From a bacterium (GTDB lineage: Bacteria > Zhuqueibacterota > Zhuqueibacteria > Residuimicrobiales > Krinioviventaceae), in NCBI GenBank assembly GCA_963693055.1, contig OY843751.1, positions 2,272,001 to 2,336,000 of the forward strand: 64,000 nt of DNA, given 5' to 3'. The translations under genes were made by a program, and so were the position numbers. The notes beneath the pieces were generated by a model, which had not been told where the DNA came from, did no database searches, and saw only the letters and a program-made list of their open reading frames with translations. Positions 29,782 through 39,700 of this stretch are shown here, piece by piece. The first letter of the stretch is position 1, and the number at the start of each line of letters is the position of its first letter.

Positions 29782-31236
29782 CTGAAACGACGTCAATTTT
29801 TAAAAATATTGGGTACTGCAGCTGCAGTAGGGCTTGCTGGCTGCTCGTACAAAAAGCAAAAACCCAATTTTGTTTTCATTCTTGTGGATGATTTGGGTTA
29901 TAATGATATTGGCGCCTATAATCCTGATACATTTTATGAAACACCAAATATTAACAAGCTTGCACAAAATGGTGTACGTTTTACAGATGGGTATGCTGCC
30001 AATCCGGTGTGCAGTCCTACCCGTTACAGTATTATGACAGGTAAATACCCTAGCAGAGTAGATGCTACAAACTGGTTTTCGGGCAAGCGTTCGGGCAAAT
30101 TTATGGGCGCACCCCTGAACGACAAAATGCCCCTTGAAGAAGTAACCATTGCCGAATCGTTAAAAGAACATGGATACAAAACAACATTTATCGGTAAATG
30201 GCACTTGGGAGAGAGCAAGGAACTTTGGCCGCAGGCGCAGGGATTTGATAAAAATATTGGAGGTTGGAAAAAAGGGTCTCCATCAAGCTATTTTTCTCCT
30301 TATAACAATCCCGTATTACCTGATGGGCCTGATGGCGAATATCTGACAGAACGTTTAACCAATGAAGCCTTAAATGTACTGGAGCATGCCGGTGACGATC
30401 CATTTTTTCTTTACCTGGCTTTTTACACGGTGCATATTCCTTTACAGGCAATACAGCATTTAATAGTCAAGTATGAGAAAAAAGCAGAATCCATCACAGG
30501 CCCTGAATTCGCAGAAGAAGAACAAATATGGCCAACAGAAGATAAACGTAAAGTGCGTATCTTACAAAAAAAACCGGTTTATGCCGCAATGGTTGAATAT
30601 ATGGATACCAGTGTGGGCCGGGTAGTAGACAAGCTTGCGGATTTGGGTTTGCATAAGAACACTGTTGTATGTTTCATGTCAGATAATGGCGGTCTGTCAA
30701 CTGCCGAAGGTTTACCAACTTCTAACCTGCCATTACGTGCCGGTAAAGGATGGCTGTATGAAGGGGGAATCCGTGAACCTTTTATAATCAATTGGCCCGA
30801 TGCAAAAAGAAATTCTCATGTGTGTAATTATCCTGTGATCAGTACTGATTTTTATCCTACAATCCTTGATATTGCGGGTATACCTTTATGCCCCGATCAG
30901 CATATGGATGGTTTGAGCCTGGTACCGTTACTGAATGGAGAGAAATCACTTGATCGCCAGAGTTTGTATTGGCATTATCCCCATTATAGTAATCAGGGAG
31001 GAATGCCGGGAGGGGCAATACGTGAAGGAAAGTACAAACTCATTGAAAGTCTGGAAGACGGTGGTGTCAAATTATTCGATTTGGATCTTGATATAGGAGA
31101 ACAAAATAATTTGGCTGAATCAATGCCGGATTTGGTCAAAGAAATGAGCGATCGTTTGCACAAGTGGTACAAAACTGTAGACGCCAAGTTTTTACAAGCA
31201 AAGCCCGGCGGCCCTCAACCCTGGCGACCAGAATAA
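29782..31236 (+). CDS. Cys-type (FGly-dependent) sulfatase; Tat lipoprotein with a probable CTG start
   Basis: 'PNFVFILVDDLG', 'CSPTR', 'GKWHLG', 'SDNGG', 'YEGGIREP'; upstream in-frame KRRQFLK...LAGC. Confidence 0.9.
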   Translation: MKRRQFLKILGTAAAVGLAGCSYKKQKPNFVFILVDDLGYNDIGAYNPDTFYETPNINKLAQNGVRFTDGYAANPVCSPTRYSIMTGKYPSRVDATNWFSGKRSGKFMGAPLNDKMPLEEVTIAESLKEHGYKTTFIGKWHLGESKELWPQAQGFDKNIGGWKKGSPSSYFSPYNNPVLPDGPDGEYLTERLTNEALNVLEHAGDDPFFLYLAFYTVHIPLQAIQHLIVKYEKKAESITGPEFAEEEQIWPTEDKRKVRILQKKPVYAAMVEYMDTSVGRVVDKLADLGLHKNTVVCFMSDNGGLSTAEGLPTSNLPLRAGKGWLYEGGIREPFIINWPDAKRNSHVCNYPVISTDFYPTILDIAGIPLCPDQHMDGLSLVPLLNGEKSLDRQSLYWHYPHYSNQGGMPGGAIREGKYKLIESLEDGGVKLFDLDLDIGEQNNLAESMPDLVKEMSDRLHKWYKTVDAKFLQAKPGGPQPWRPE

Positions 31237-31361
31237 AATAGTTATTTGTAATATCAAAAATCCTTTTAAATTAAGAAACTATTCATACAATACCGGAATC
31301 CTGATATTCATGTTTCTGTTGTAAATTATTATTATATAAATAAATTTTCAAGGAGAAGAAA

Positions 31362-32699
31362 ATGATAAATGTAACACTAGGCAAAACCGAATATTTTAAA
31401 GGTATAGATAAAATCCAGTATGAAGGCCCGGATTCTGATAATCCGTTGGCATTTAAATATTATGACGAAAACAAAATAGTTGCAGGTAAGACCATGAGTG
31501 AGCATTTCCGCTTTGCTATTGCTTATTGGCATACCTTCTGCGGAACAGGCGAAGATCCTTTTGGTCCTGGTCCCCAACCATTGCCCTGGCTAGAGGGTAG
31601 TGATGACATGACAATCGCGAAAAATAAACTCGATGCTGCTTTCGAATTTATAACCAAATTGGGTGCACCTTTTTATTGTTTTCATGATCGTGATCTGGCT
31701 CCCGAAGGAAGTAATGTTGCAGAATCTGAAAAGAATCTGAAGGAACTGGTTCGTCTTGCCAAAGCTAAACAGCAGGAATCTGGTGTGAAATTGTTATGGG
31801 GAACCGCAAATGTGTTTAGTAACCCCCGTTATATGAACGGCGCTGCAACTAATCCTGATTTCCATGTTGTTACTCATGTGGCAGCACAGGTTAAAGCTGC
31901 TATGGAAGCGACTGTTGAACTTGGTGGTGATAATTATGTGTTCTGGGGCGGACGTGAAGGATATTTTACATTGCTCAATACTATGATGAAAAGAGAAGTA
32001 GAACACCTGGCAACTTTTCTGCAAAAAGCACGCGATTATGGCCGTGAAATTGGTTTTAAAGGTACTTTTTTGATTGAACCCAAACCCATGGAACCCACCA
32101 AACACCAATATGATTTTGATACTGCAACTGTTTTGGGCTTTTTACAAAAATACGGTCTGGATAAGGATTTTAAAGTAAATATTGAAAACAACCATGGGAC
32201 TCTTGCTGGTCATACCTTTGCACATGAAATTCAAACCGCTGTTGATGCAGGATTGTTTGGAAGTTTGGATATTAACCAGGGTGATCCCTACAATGGTTGG
32301 GATACGGATGAATTCCTTAGAAATTTGTATGATGCTGTAGAGATTATGCTTGTTCTGCTGCAAACCAAAGAAGGTATGGGCAAAGGCGGAATGAATTTTG
32401 ATGCCAAGACACGTCGTTCTTCTACCGATCTGGATGACATTTTTATCGCACATATCAGCTCAATGGATACATTGGCTCGCGGATTGATAATTGCTGATAA
32501 TATTCTGCAAAATTCAAATTACCTGGAATTGCGTAAAAACAGATACGCATCTTTTGATAGCGGAAAAGGCGCTGATTTTGAAGCTGGAAAAATGGGTCTG
32601 GCTGAAATGGCAAAACTTGCAGTTGAATGGGGTGAACCCAAAATGATCAGTGGTAAACAAGAGATGTATGAAAGTTTGTTAAATAAATATATTCGATAA
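31362..32699 (+). CDS. xylA: Xylose isomerase (class II)
   Basis: 'FAIAYWHTF', 'FHDRD', 'LLWGTAN', 'VFWGGREGY', '[14 protein letters not shown]', 'GWDTDEF', 'NFDAK.RR.S'. Confidence 0.97.
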   Translation: MINVTLGKTEYFKGIDKIQYEGPDSDNPLAFKYYDENKIVAGKTMSEHFRFAIAYWHTFCGTGEDPFGPGPQPLPWLEGSDDMTIAKNKLDAAFEFITKLGAPFYCFHDRDLAPEGSNVAESEKNLKELVRLAKAKQQESGVKLLWGTANVFSNPRYMNGAATNPDFHVVTHVAAQVKAAMEATVELGGDNYVFWGGREGYFTLLNTMMKREVEHLATFLQKARDYGREIGFKGTFLIEPKPMEPTKHQYDFDTATVLGFLQKYGLDKDFKVNIENNHGTLAGHTFAHEIQTAVDAGLFGSLDINQGDPYNGWDTDEFLRNLYDAVEIMLVLLQTKEGMGKGGMNFDAKTRRSSTDLDDIFIAHISSMDTLARGLIIADNILQNSNYLELRKNRYASFDSGKGADFEAGKMGLAEMAKLAVEWGEPKMISGKQEMYESLLNKYIR

Positions 32700-32710
32700 C
32701 AGTTACAGAT

Positions 32711-32743
32711 AAAGCCCGTTTCAAAAGAGACGGGCTTTTTTTT
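32711..32743. terminator. Rho-independent terminator between xylA and the convergent EamA gene
   Basis: AAAGCCCGTTTC-AAAA-GAGACGGGCTTTTTTTT. Confidence 0.85.
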
Positions 32744-33647
32744 ATCGTAAAAATAATAATGCAATACCTGCTACAGTAATTACAGTACCGATAAATGCAC
32801 GCAAGGTTGGTTTTTCTTTATATACCAAATAGAGTATTGGAATTATTATTATTGGGACGGTTGCCATTAGTGTGGATGCAATACCGGTTTTGGTATATTT
32901 GATTGCTACAACAGATAACCAAACCCCCAGATATGGACCAAATACTGCTCCACCAAATGCTGCCCACATCCCTTTATTGTCTTTAATTGCTAATAATATC
33001 TTTTTGGTTCTTCCGGCAGCAATACCCATAATCATTAAAATCAATGCAGAGGGTACCATTCTCAGAATTGTTGCAGACAATGGATCGATATCATTTTGTA
33101 GTCCATATTTAGCCAATACCAATCCAACGGCTTGGCCGGTTGCTCCAATTAACCCAAAGATGATCCCTTTGAGCTTTGAGCCATGGATTTTTTCCTCTCC
33201 GTCTTTATGTTCGCTCACTACCCAGAATATTCCCCAGATGGTAACTGTAATACCAATTAAAGCAATTAATCCAAGAGTTTCACCCAAAAACACCCATGCA
33301 ATAACAGTAGTTATAGGTGGGGCTAGTGATAAAATCAGGGTGGTTCTGTGTGAGCCTAAAATCACCAGGCTTTTAAATAAAGCACCGTCTCCTAAAACAA
33401 GACCAATAAATCCACTGAGACCCAGCCAGAATATATTCTGCATATTGGCATGAGTGGGGAAAAACATGCCTTTGGTTGCGAAAAGCGTAAAACATAACAG
33501 TATACAAGCCATTACAAGACGAACAAGATTGGTGTTATAAGTTCCAATCCGTTTGCCGGCAATTTCAAACATGATGGCGCATATTCCCCAAAAAAAAGCA
33601 CCGGCTAAAGCAGCAATTTCTCCAATATATGGCAATTCAAACTCCAA
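32742..33647 (-). CDS. EamA/DMT family transporter
   Basis: About 10 TM helices in two repeats; 'SGFIGLVLGD', 'AWVFLGETL', 'GIASTL', 'LVYKEK'. Confidence 0.9.
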   Translation of the reverse strand: MEFELPYIGEIAALAGAFFWGICAIMFEIAGKRIGTYNTNLVRLVMACILLCFTLFATKGMFFPTHANMQNIFWLGLSGFIGLVLGDGALFKSLVILGSHRTTLILSLAPPITTVIAWVFLGETLGLIALIGITVTIWGIFWVVSEHKDGEEKIHGSKLKGIIFGLIGATGQAVGLVLAKYGLQNDIDPLSATILRMVPSALILMIMGIAAGRTKKILLAIKDNKGMWAAFGGAVFGPYLGVWLSVVAIKYTKTGIASTLMATVPIIIIPILYLVYKEKPTLRAFIGTVITVAGIALLFLR

Positions 33648-33691
33648 AATATTAAGCTGTCAATATAGGGCTTTATTTCCTTTAATAAAAT

Positions 33692-33733
33692 AAAAAAAGG
33701 CCGCAGCTATAACAATTGCATACGGCCCTTTTT
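33692..33733 (-). terminator. Terminator after the giant surface protein gene
   Basis: AAAAAAAGGCCG...CGGCCCTTTTT inverted repeat with A/T tracts on both sides. Confidence 0.6.
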
Positions 33734-33763
33734 GGGGTGAGTTTATTTAATAACGGGTCAGCG

Positions 33764-36700
33764 TTATTTTACAAATGCCATTTTTTTAATCTCTTTATAT
33801 TCACCGGCCATAATGCGATAGTAATATACACCGGAACTTACTATTGTACCCTGATCATTTCTACCATTCCATTCAATTTCATGATAGCCAGGGTCCATTT
33901 TGTTATTGACAAGGGTTGCAACTTGTTGTCCCATAACGTTGAATATTTCAATCCGGGTTTGCATGACTTTGGGAAGATCAAAACGTATACGTGTTACCGG
34001 ATTAAAGGGATTCGGAAAATTTTGATGTACCTGGAACGTTTTGGGGAAAGCAGTTTCCAGTGAAACCGGTCCGTGCTCACCAGACCAGCCGGAAACACTC
34101 ATGTCAACAAGTTTATAATAATAGGTTCTGCCGGGTACAGTTGTTGTATCTGAATAACTGTATTGCCCGTCTTTACGCGTGGGTATTAATTTGTTATTGA
34201 GCTGTGCGTATTCACCTTCTTTGGTCAATGAGCGATAGATAAAGAATCCAAGATTATCTACCTCATTGGCAGTTTCCCAATCCAGAATTACACCTTTATA
34301 GGGCTCATGAATTGCGCTAAAGCTTTGCAGCTCAACTTTGGTAACCTGGCCCCAGGTTACCTCATCCGTATATTCACCATCTGATACAACACATTTAAGG
34401 GAATACGAACCGGGGTGCTCTGCTGCAACAAAGAGGAATTCAGAACCTGTCCCAACTTCGGTATCATCCAGATACCATGTAAATGTTAATGGATCAGAGT
34501 CATCGTCTTTAGCCAGTATTGTAAATTTTTGGCTGCCACCTTGGGGTACGTCAAGGACGGATTGTGGCGGATCTTTGTAAACAATCTGTGGTGCAGAGTT
34601 ACCTGTAACAACTATGGTGAGAGAATCTATATCAAATCCCTGTTCCGACACGGGTTTGATATCATAGACTTCAAATACAATATCCCATGTTTTTTTCTGA
34701 TTTGCTTTTGGCATCCAAGTAAATACACCTGTCAGGGGATCAAATGAAGAGTTTGCCGGGAGATTTTTAACGGAAAATGTTAATGGATCATTATCATCAT
34801 CTGAAGCAATTATTTGATATTGATACTGACCCTCGGTATAATCAACAGAGTCTTTGTGTGTAAGGTTTGTAAATACCGGAAAAGCATTGTTAACGCCGGT
34901 TGCGGTAAATTCCAAAAAGTCAGGATTTGTACCAGGTTTTGATGCCCATAAAACATTTTCAGCCTGATCACCCAACTGCCAGAAACAGGAAGCAAGCCCC
35001 ATACTATCTGTTGTATCTTTGGTGCTCGAAACCGATCCTATGAAATCTTTGGGTTGAAAATAGACCAGTTCATCGCTAACGATATTGCCATAACTATCAG
35101 TCAGTTTCACAATATTGGGATAAACAAGAAACCGGTTTTTGGTCATTACCTGATTATTGCCGGAAACCATGTTCAATCTTGAAGGTCTGCCATGTACTGC
35201 CTGTATATTAAAGATTAACTGAATTTCATCTAGATCCGGAGATTTTACGGTAATAGTATATTCACCAACGATTTGACCTAGTTTAAGAATACCCTTTGCC
35301 AAACCATTCGAGTCTGTCAAGAGTGTGTCTGCATTTAAAAATTCTGCATGATGTTCATCAGCAGGTGCATCAGCAATATTGAATACTATTTCAGTGCCGG
35401 GAACCGGATTATCATGTTTATCTAAAGCTTTAATGATCAACGTATCTGCTATTACCATGCCCACAGTGTCTGAAACGGTTGTTGCTGATTGTGCAATCAG
35501 GTCGACTGCAGAATCTGATTGTGCGGTTACTGTAATCCAAATTGAGGTTTCATCGTTGGTTACATTGGCTTTGATTTGTTGCGGTCCTGATATCATACCC
35601 GGGGTGTAATAGATTTCAGAACACCCTAAAAAGTTAGAGGTAGCAGGATTGTCTCCGCCCAATTCTGCATCGTCAACGGATTTTGTGAATGTTACACTTG
35701 CTCCTGCAACAGCCAGAGAATCGCTATCGTATACTTTGATCCGTATGGGATTTTCCATCTCTTCACCAACGGTTCCTGAAAATTCTCCCGTATAGTCTGT
35801 CAATTTATAGGGGGGAACCGCATCTCTGGATGTAATTGAGAATTCTGCTACCTGACTGCTTTGCCCCAGAGATTTAATATATGCAAGTACCAGTTGCGTC
35901 CCTGTATTGGGACCCAATACCCAGCTAGCGTAGGCATTACCTGCGGAATCCGATTTGGTGGTATAGGATTGCAAACCGCTTTCTTTATGATATCCATCTC
36001 CAACCTGGGTTTGAAATACTATATCTACATTTTTTATGGGATTGCCATTCAGATCCGTGACATGTGCGCCAAATGGTTTACTCAATACAGCGCCCTTGTT
36101 ACCGGTCTGATCGGTACCTGCAATTGCATCAATTTGAGATGCATCATCCGGTACAAAACTGATATCTATACTTCCCAGAACTTTACTATTCTCTGCCAAA
36201 ACCACGTTAACAGTTACAGAATCTGCAATGATTGATTTAACCTGACCTGTAGTTTCACCATTGCCGTTGGTTGCTGTGGTCGGATTAATGATTGTAACAC
36301 CTTGATCCTCCGCATTCAACTCTACCATTTTTCCGGAAACAGGATTGTTGTATTTATCCCGTAAACGGATAGTAACCTGTGATGATTCTACTCCATCTGC
36401 AACCACATCCTGAGTTGCATTTATTTGAGTAGAGTCAGCAAAAGGAGCACTTGCACGTAAAGTAACTTTGACGGTATCAGGCGAACCGGCTAAATGAACA
36501 TCATCATTGCTGGATGATATTTCTAACCAGTTTTCTGTATTTATATCTGTACCTAAAATCCAGTTTTCTGTCGCTACACCGTTCAATGTTCCCTGAAAGC
36601 TTTTGTCAATAGTAGTGGATTCAAGACGACCACCACCTTTGATGACTTTGTAATTGACGTTATGTTTGTCAACGGGATCGCCATCCAGATCATATGCGCC

Positions 36701-39700
36701 AACATTTACTGCAAAAGTATCTGCAACTGTTAATGTGGTGTCTTGTGTGGTTAATAACCGGATTTCAGTAGCTTCCGGGGTAGAGCCAAAGATAAAAAAT
36801 GTCTGTTCGGACTGAAGTGAACTGCCATTGTTTTCTGAACTTGCTTTAACTGTATTTATATCCAATACCGGCTTGAAATAGACCTGTGCAATACCGTCAT
36901 TATTGGTTTGTTGCGTTGTTTCTTCTACCAGGCTATCATCATCCAGAATAAACTTGCCTTTGCTGCCATTATTCGGATAAGTCACAGTAAATGAAACCGG
37001 GTGCCCGATGATAGGATAATTATGCCGATCCGTAACTTGAACTTTGATTGCCTGTGATAAACGTTGATTTGCAATACCTGTATCCGTAGCTGCGGAGATC
37101 TGCTTGAGGTAAAAAGGTTCACCTGGAATGGTTATCGCTTTAAATTCAACCGGTGAATTTAAAAGAAAAGTTCCGTTATGTTTTGCACTAGCCTCAACTA
37201 TATTAGTGTCGGGATCAGTGCTCAGAACCCAGTTAACTTTGGCTATTCCATCGGCGCCACTTGTTACAGTAATACTGTCAGCTCCGTTAACTGTACCGTT
37301 ACCATCAATAACTTTAAACTTGACACTGGTATTGGGAACCGGATTGTTACGAATATCCAGTACTTTAATTTCAGGAGTCAAAGTCGTGGCATTGTTCGAC
37401 AATATCAAATTGTTCCAGAGGCTATCTTTATTGGCTTTTATCTTTTCCGGAGTACCTGAAGTTGCAGTGGCTCTGAATACAACGGGATCAATATCCGGAC
37501 GGTTTTCAATGGTAACCTCAATAGAGTCACTGTTTGTACCAGCTGTAAAGCCCAGAGTATAAAATACATGTGCTTGTCCGTTTTCATCTGTAAAACGGGT
37601 CAATTCTGTTTCTGAACCAATCTGGCCACCTGTGCTCAAAACATTATAGATTACAGCTTGTTCAGGAATTGGGTTGTTATATTGGTCTCGTACTTCAACT
37701 ACCAGAGAATCATCCAACATGGAACCTATCTGGGCCTGTTGAACCGGAGAATCACCACTGATTTTGACAACCTGACTGGCAGAATCGGGTATTACAAATC
37801 CTCTGAATGTTACCGGGCTTCCTGCTAACGCAGTTTGAGAGTTATTTCTATTTGCTGTTGCTGTTATTAAATTGGTAATATTGACATTGGTACCCATTTG
37901 ATAATCAACCTGAGCAACACCCTGGCTATTTGTAATGGCTGTAACGGGACTGGTTTTATCCGGGAATAGTCCATTGCCTTGAGTGACCTGAAATTTAACA
38001 GAGTGTCCCGGGTATGGATTGTCATATTCATCCGTTACTCTGACCTGAAGTGAAACCGGACTGTGTCCTGCACCAAAAGTGAATGGTGATGTACTGGCAA
38101 TAATCATATTTGAAGCGGGAGCAGGGGTAGCCGTAGCTGTATACTGTATCGCAGTTACGCCTGGATAATCCGGAAGGTATACACGAATGGTTTGAGTGCC
38201 TGCTACAGTTCCTAAACGATAGGTTGCTTCTGCTGTACCGTCGGCTGATGAATTTACGATAGTAGAATCCAGAGAAGAAAAACTACCGCCACCGCTAATG
38301 GTTTTAAACACAACACGAATGCCTGATGACATGTTTGTGCCAAAAGGATCAACAATTTTGACCTTGAATGGATTCGGCAATATAGTATTGACCACTGCTG
38401 ACTGGTTTGGTGTGTCACCGGATATTTTGATAATCTTGTTTGGTCGCCTTGGTAATACCGTCAAATGGAATGTATCTGGTGAACTGATCTGCAAGGCAGG
38501 AATACCTTCAACTTTTACCAAGGTTTCACCTTCTGCATTTCCAGCGGCAAAAGTTGTAAGCGCTTTACCCAAAGTGTCGGTTGTTACTGTTTTAATATCA
38601 TTTTCAACGCTGATACCTTCTTTGCCATCAAAGTTTCCATCGCCGTTAATTACTGAGAATCTAACGGTATAAGACTCTATTCCATTATTGTATTGATCAG
38701 CTATTTTAACTGTCAGACTGTCGCCAAATTGTTTTCCTGCGTTTTGTTCCTGTTCATCACCTTCAAGCATAATTAATTGATAAGGTGAGTCTGGTTTAGC
38801 TTCCGGACGAAAGTAGAGTGGAGCACCGGGCAAGTTTACATCAACCATAACCTCATTCGTATTTACTCCTGCCGAATCACCCAGTGTATAGTTGACCGAT
38901 GCTGTACCATCCGCAGATGTGTTTACAGTTTTGCTGCTTCCATTATCCTCAAAAAATCCATTACCTTTTGATACATTAAATGGGACTGGATAATTTTCAA
39001 CAGGATCACCTTTTTCATCCAGAATTTTAACTGTCAAGGGTGAATTTAATGCATGCATTACCGTTCCGGTTTGGTCTGCGCCTTCAACAACCTGAATTTC
39101 TACCGGAACACCTTCCCCTGCTATGCCCCGGAATGTTATTGGTGCAATATTGGGATAACCGGGAAGAGATGCTTGCACAACCGATTCTTCTGCATACCCC
39201 AAAGTCAGTTGAATACTTGCAGTACCATCGCTTTCTGTAGATAATCGTGTGGAATCCAAACCTGAACCGTTAAAAGTACCATCTCCTGAAATGACTTTGA
39301 AATCAACCGGTATACCCACACATGGATTAGAGTAAACATCTTGTAAGAATATAGAAAAATCAATATCTAATGGGCTTCCGGCTACACCGGGATAACTCGG
39401 TGCTGAATTGTAATCGATACCTTGCGGATCAAGTGCTTCCGCATAGACTGAAAATAATTGTGACGAACCTACAGAGACATTTGCATCGGCTTGAACCTGA
39501 ACAGCTCCTGCCTGTAAACCAAAAGTGATCTCTGTTCTGGCTAATCCTGATGCATTTGTGATAAATGAAAAGGGTTGGGTTTCTTCACCTTCATTGGTAG
39601 GTGTATAAGATTCATTGCGGGTTAACAGGATCTTGTCAATCTGTGTGCCCGATTCACGGTTATGTATAACAAAATCAACAAATCCACTGGGGAGTGAAAA

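Noticed and set aside
28420-31236. galK and the sulfatase share a reading frame separated by one TAA, suggesting readthrough or a split gene
   Set aside because: Both proteins are complete, and the sulfatase has its own SD and export signal
32872-33453. 193-aa antisense ORF opposite EamA
   Set aside because: Shadow ORF fully inside a well-supported gene
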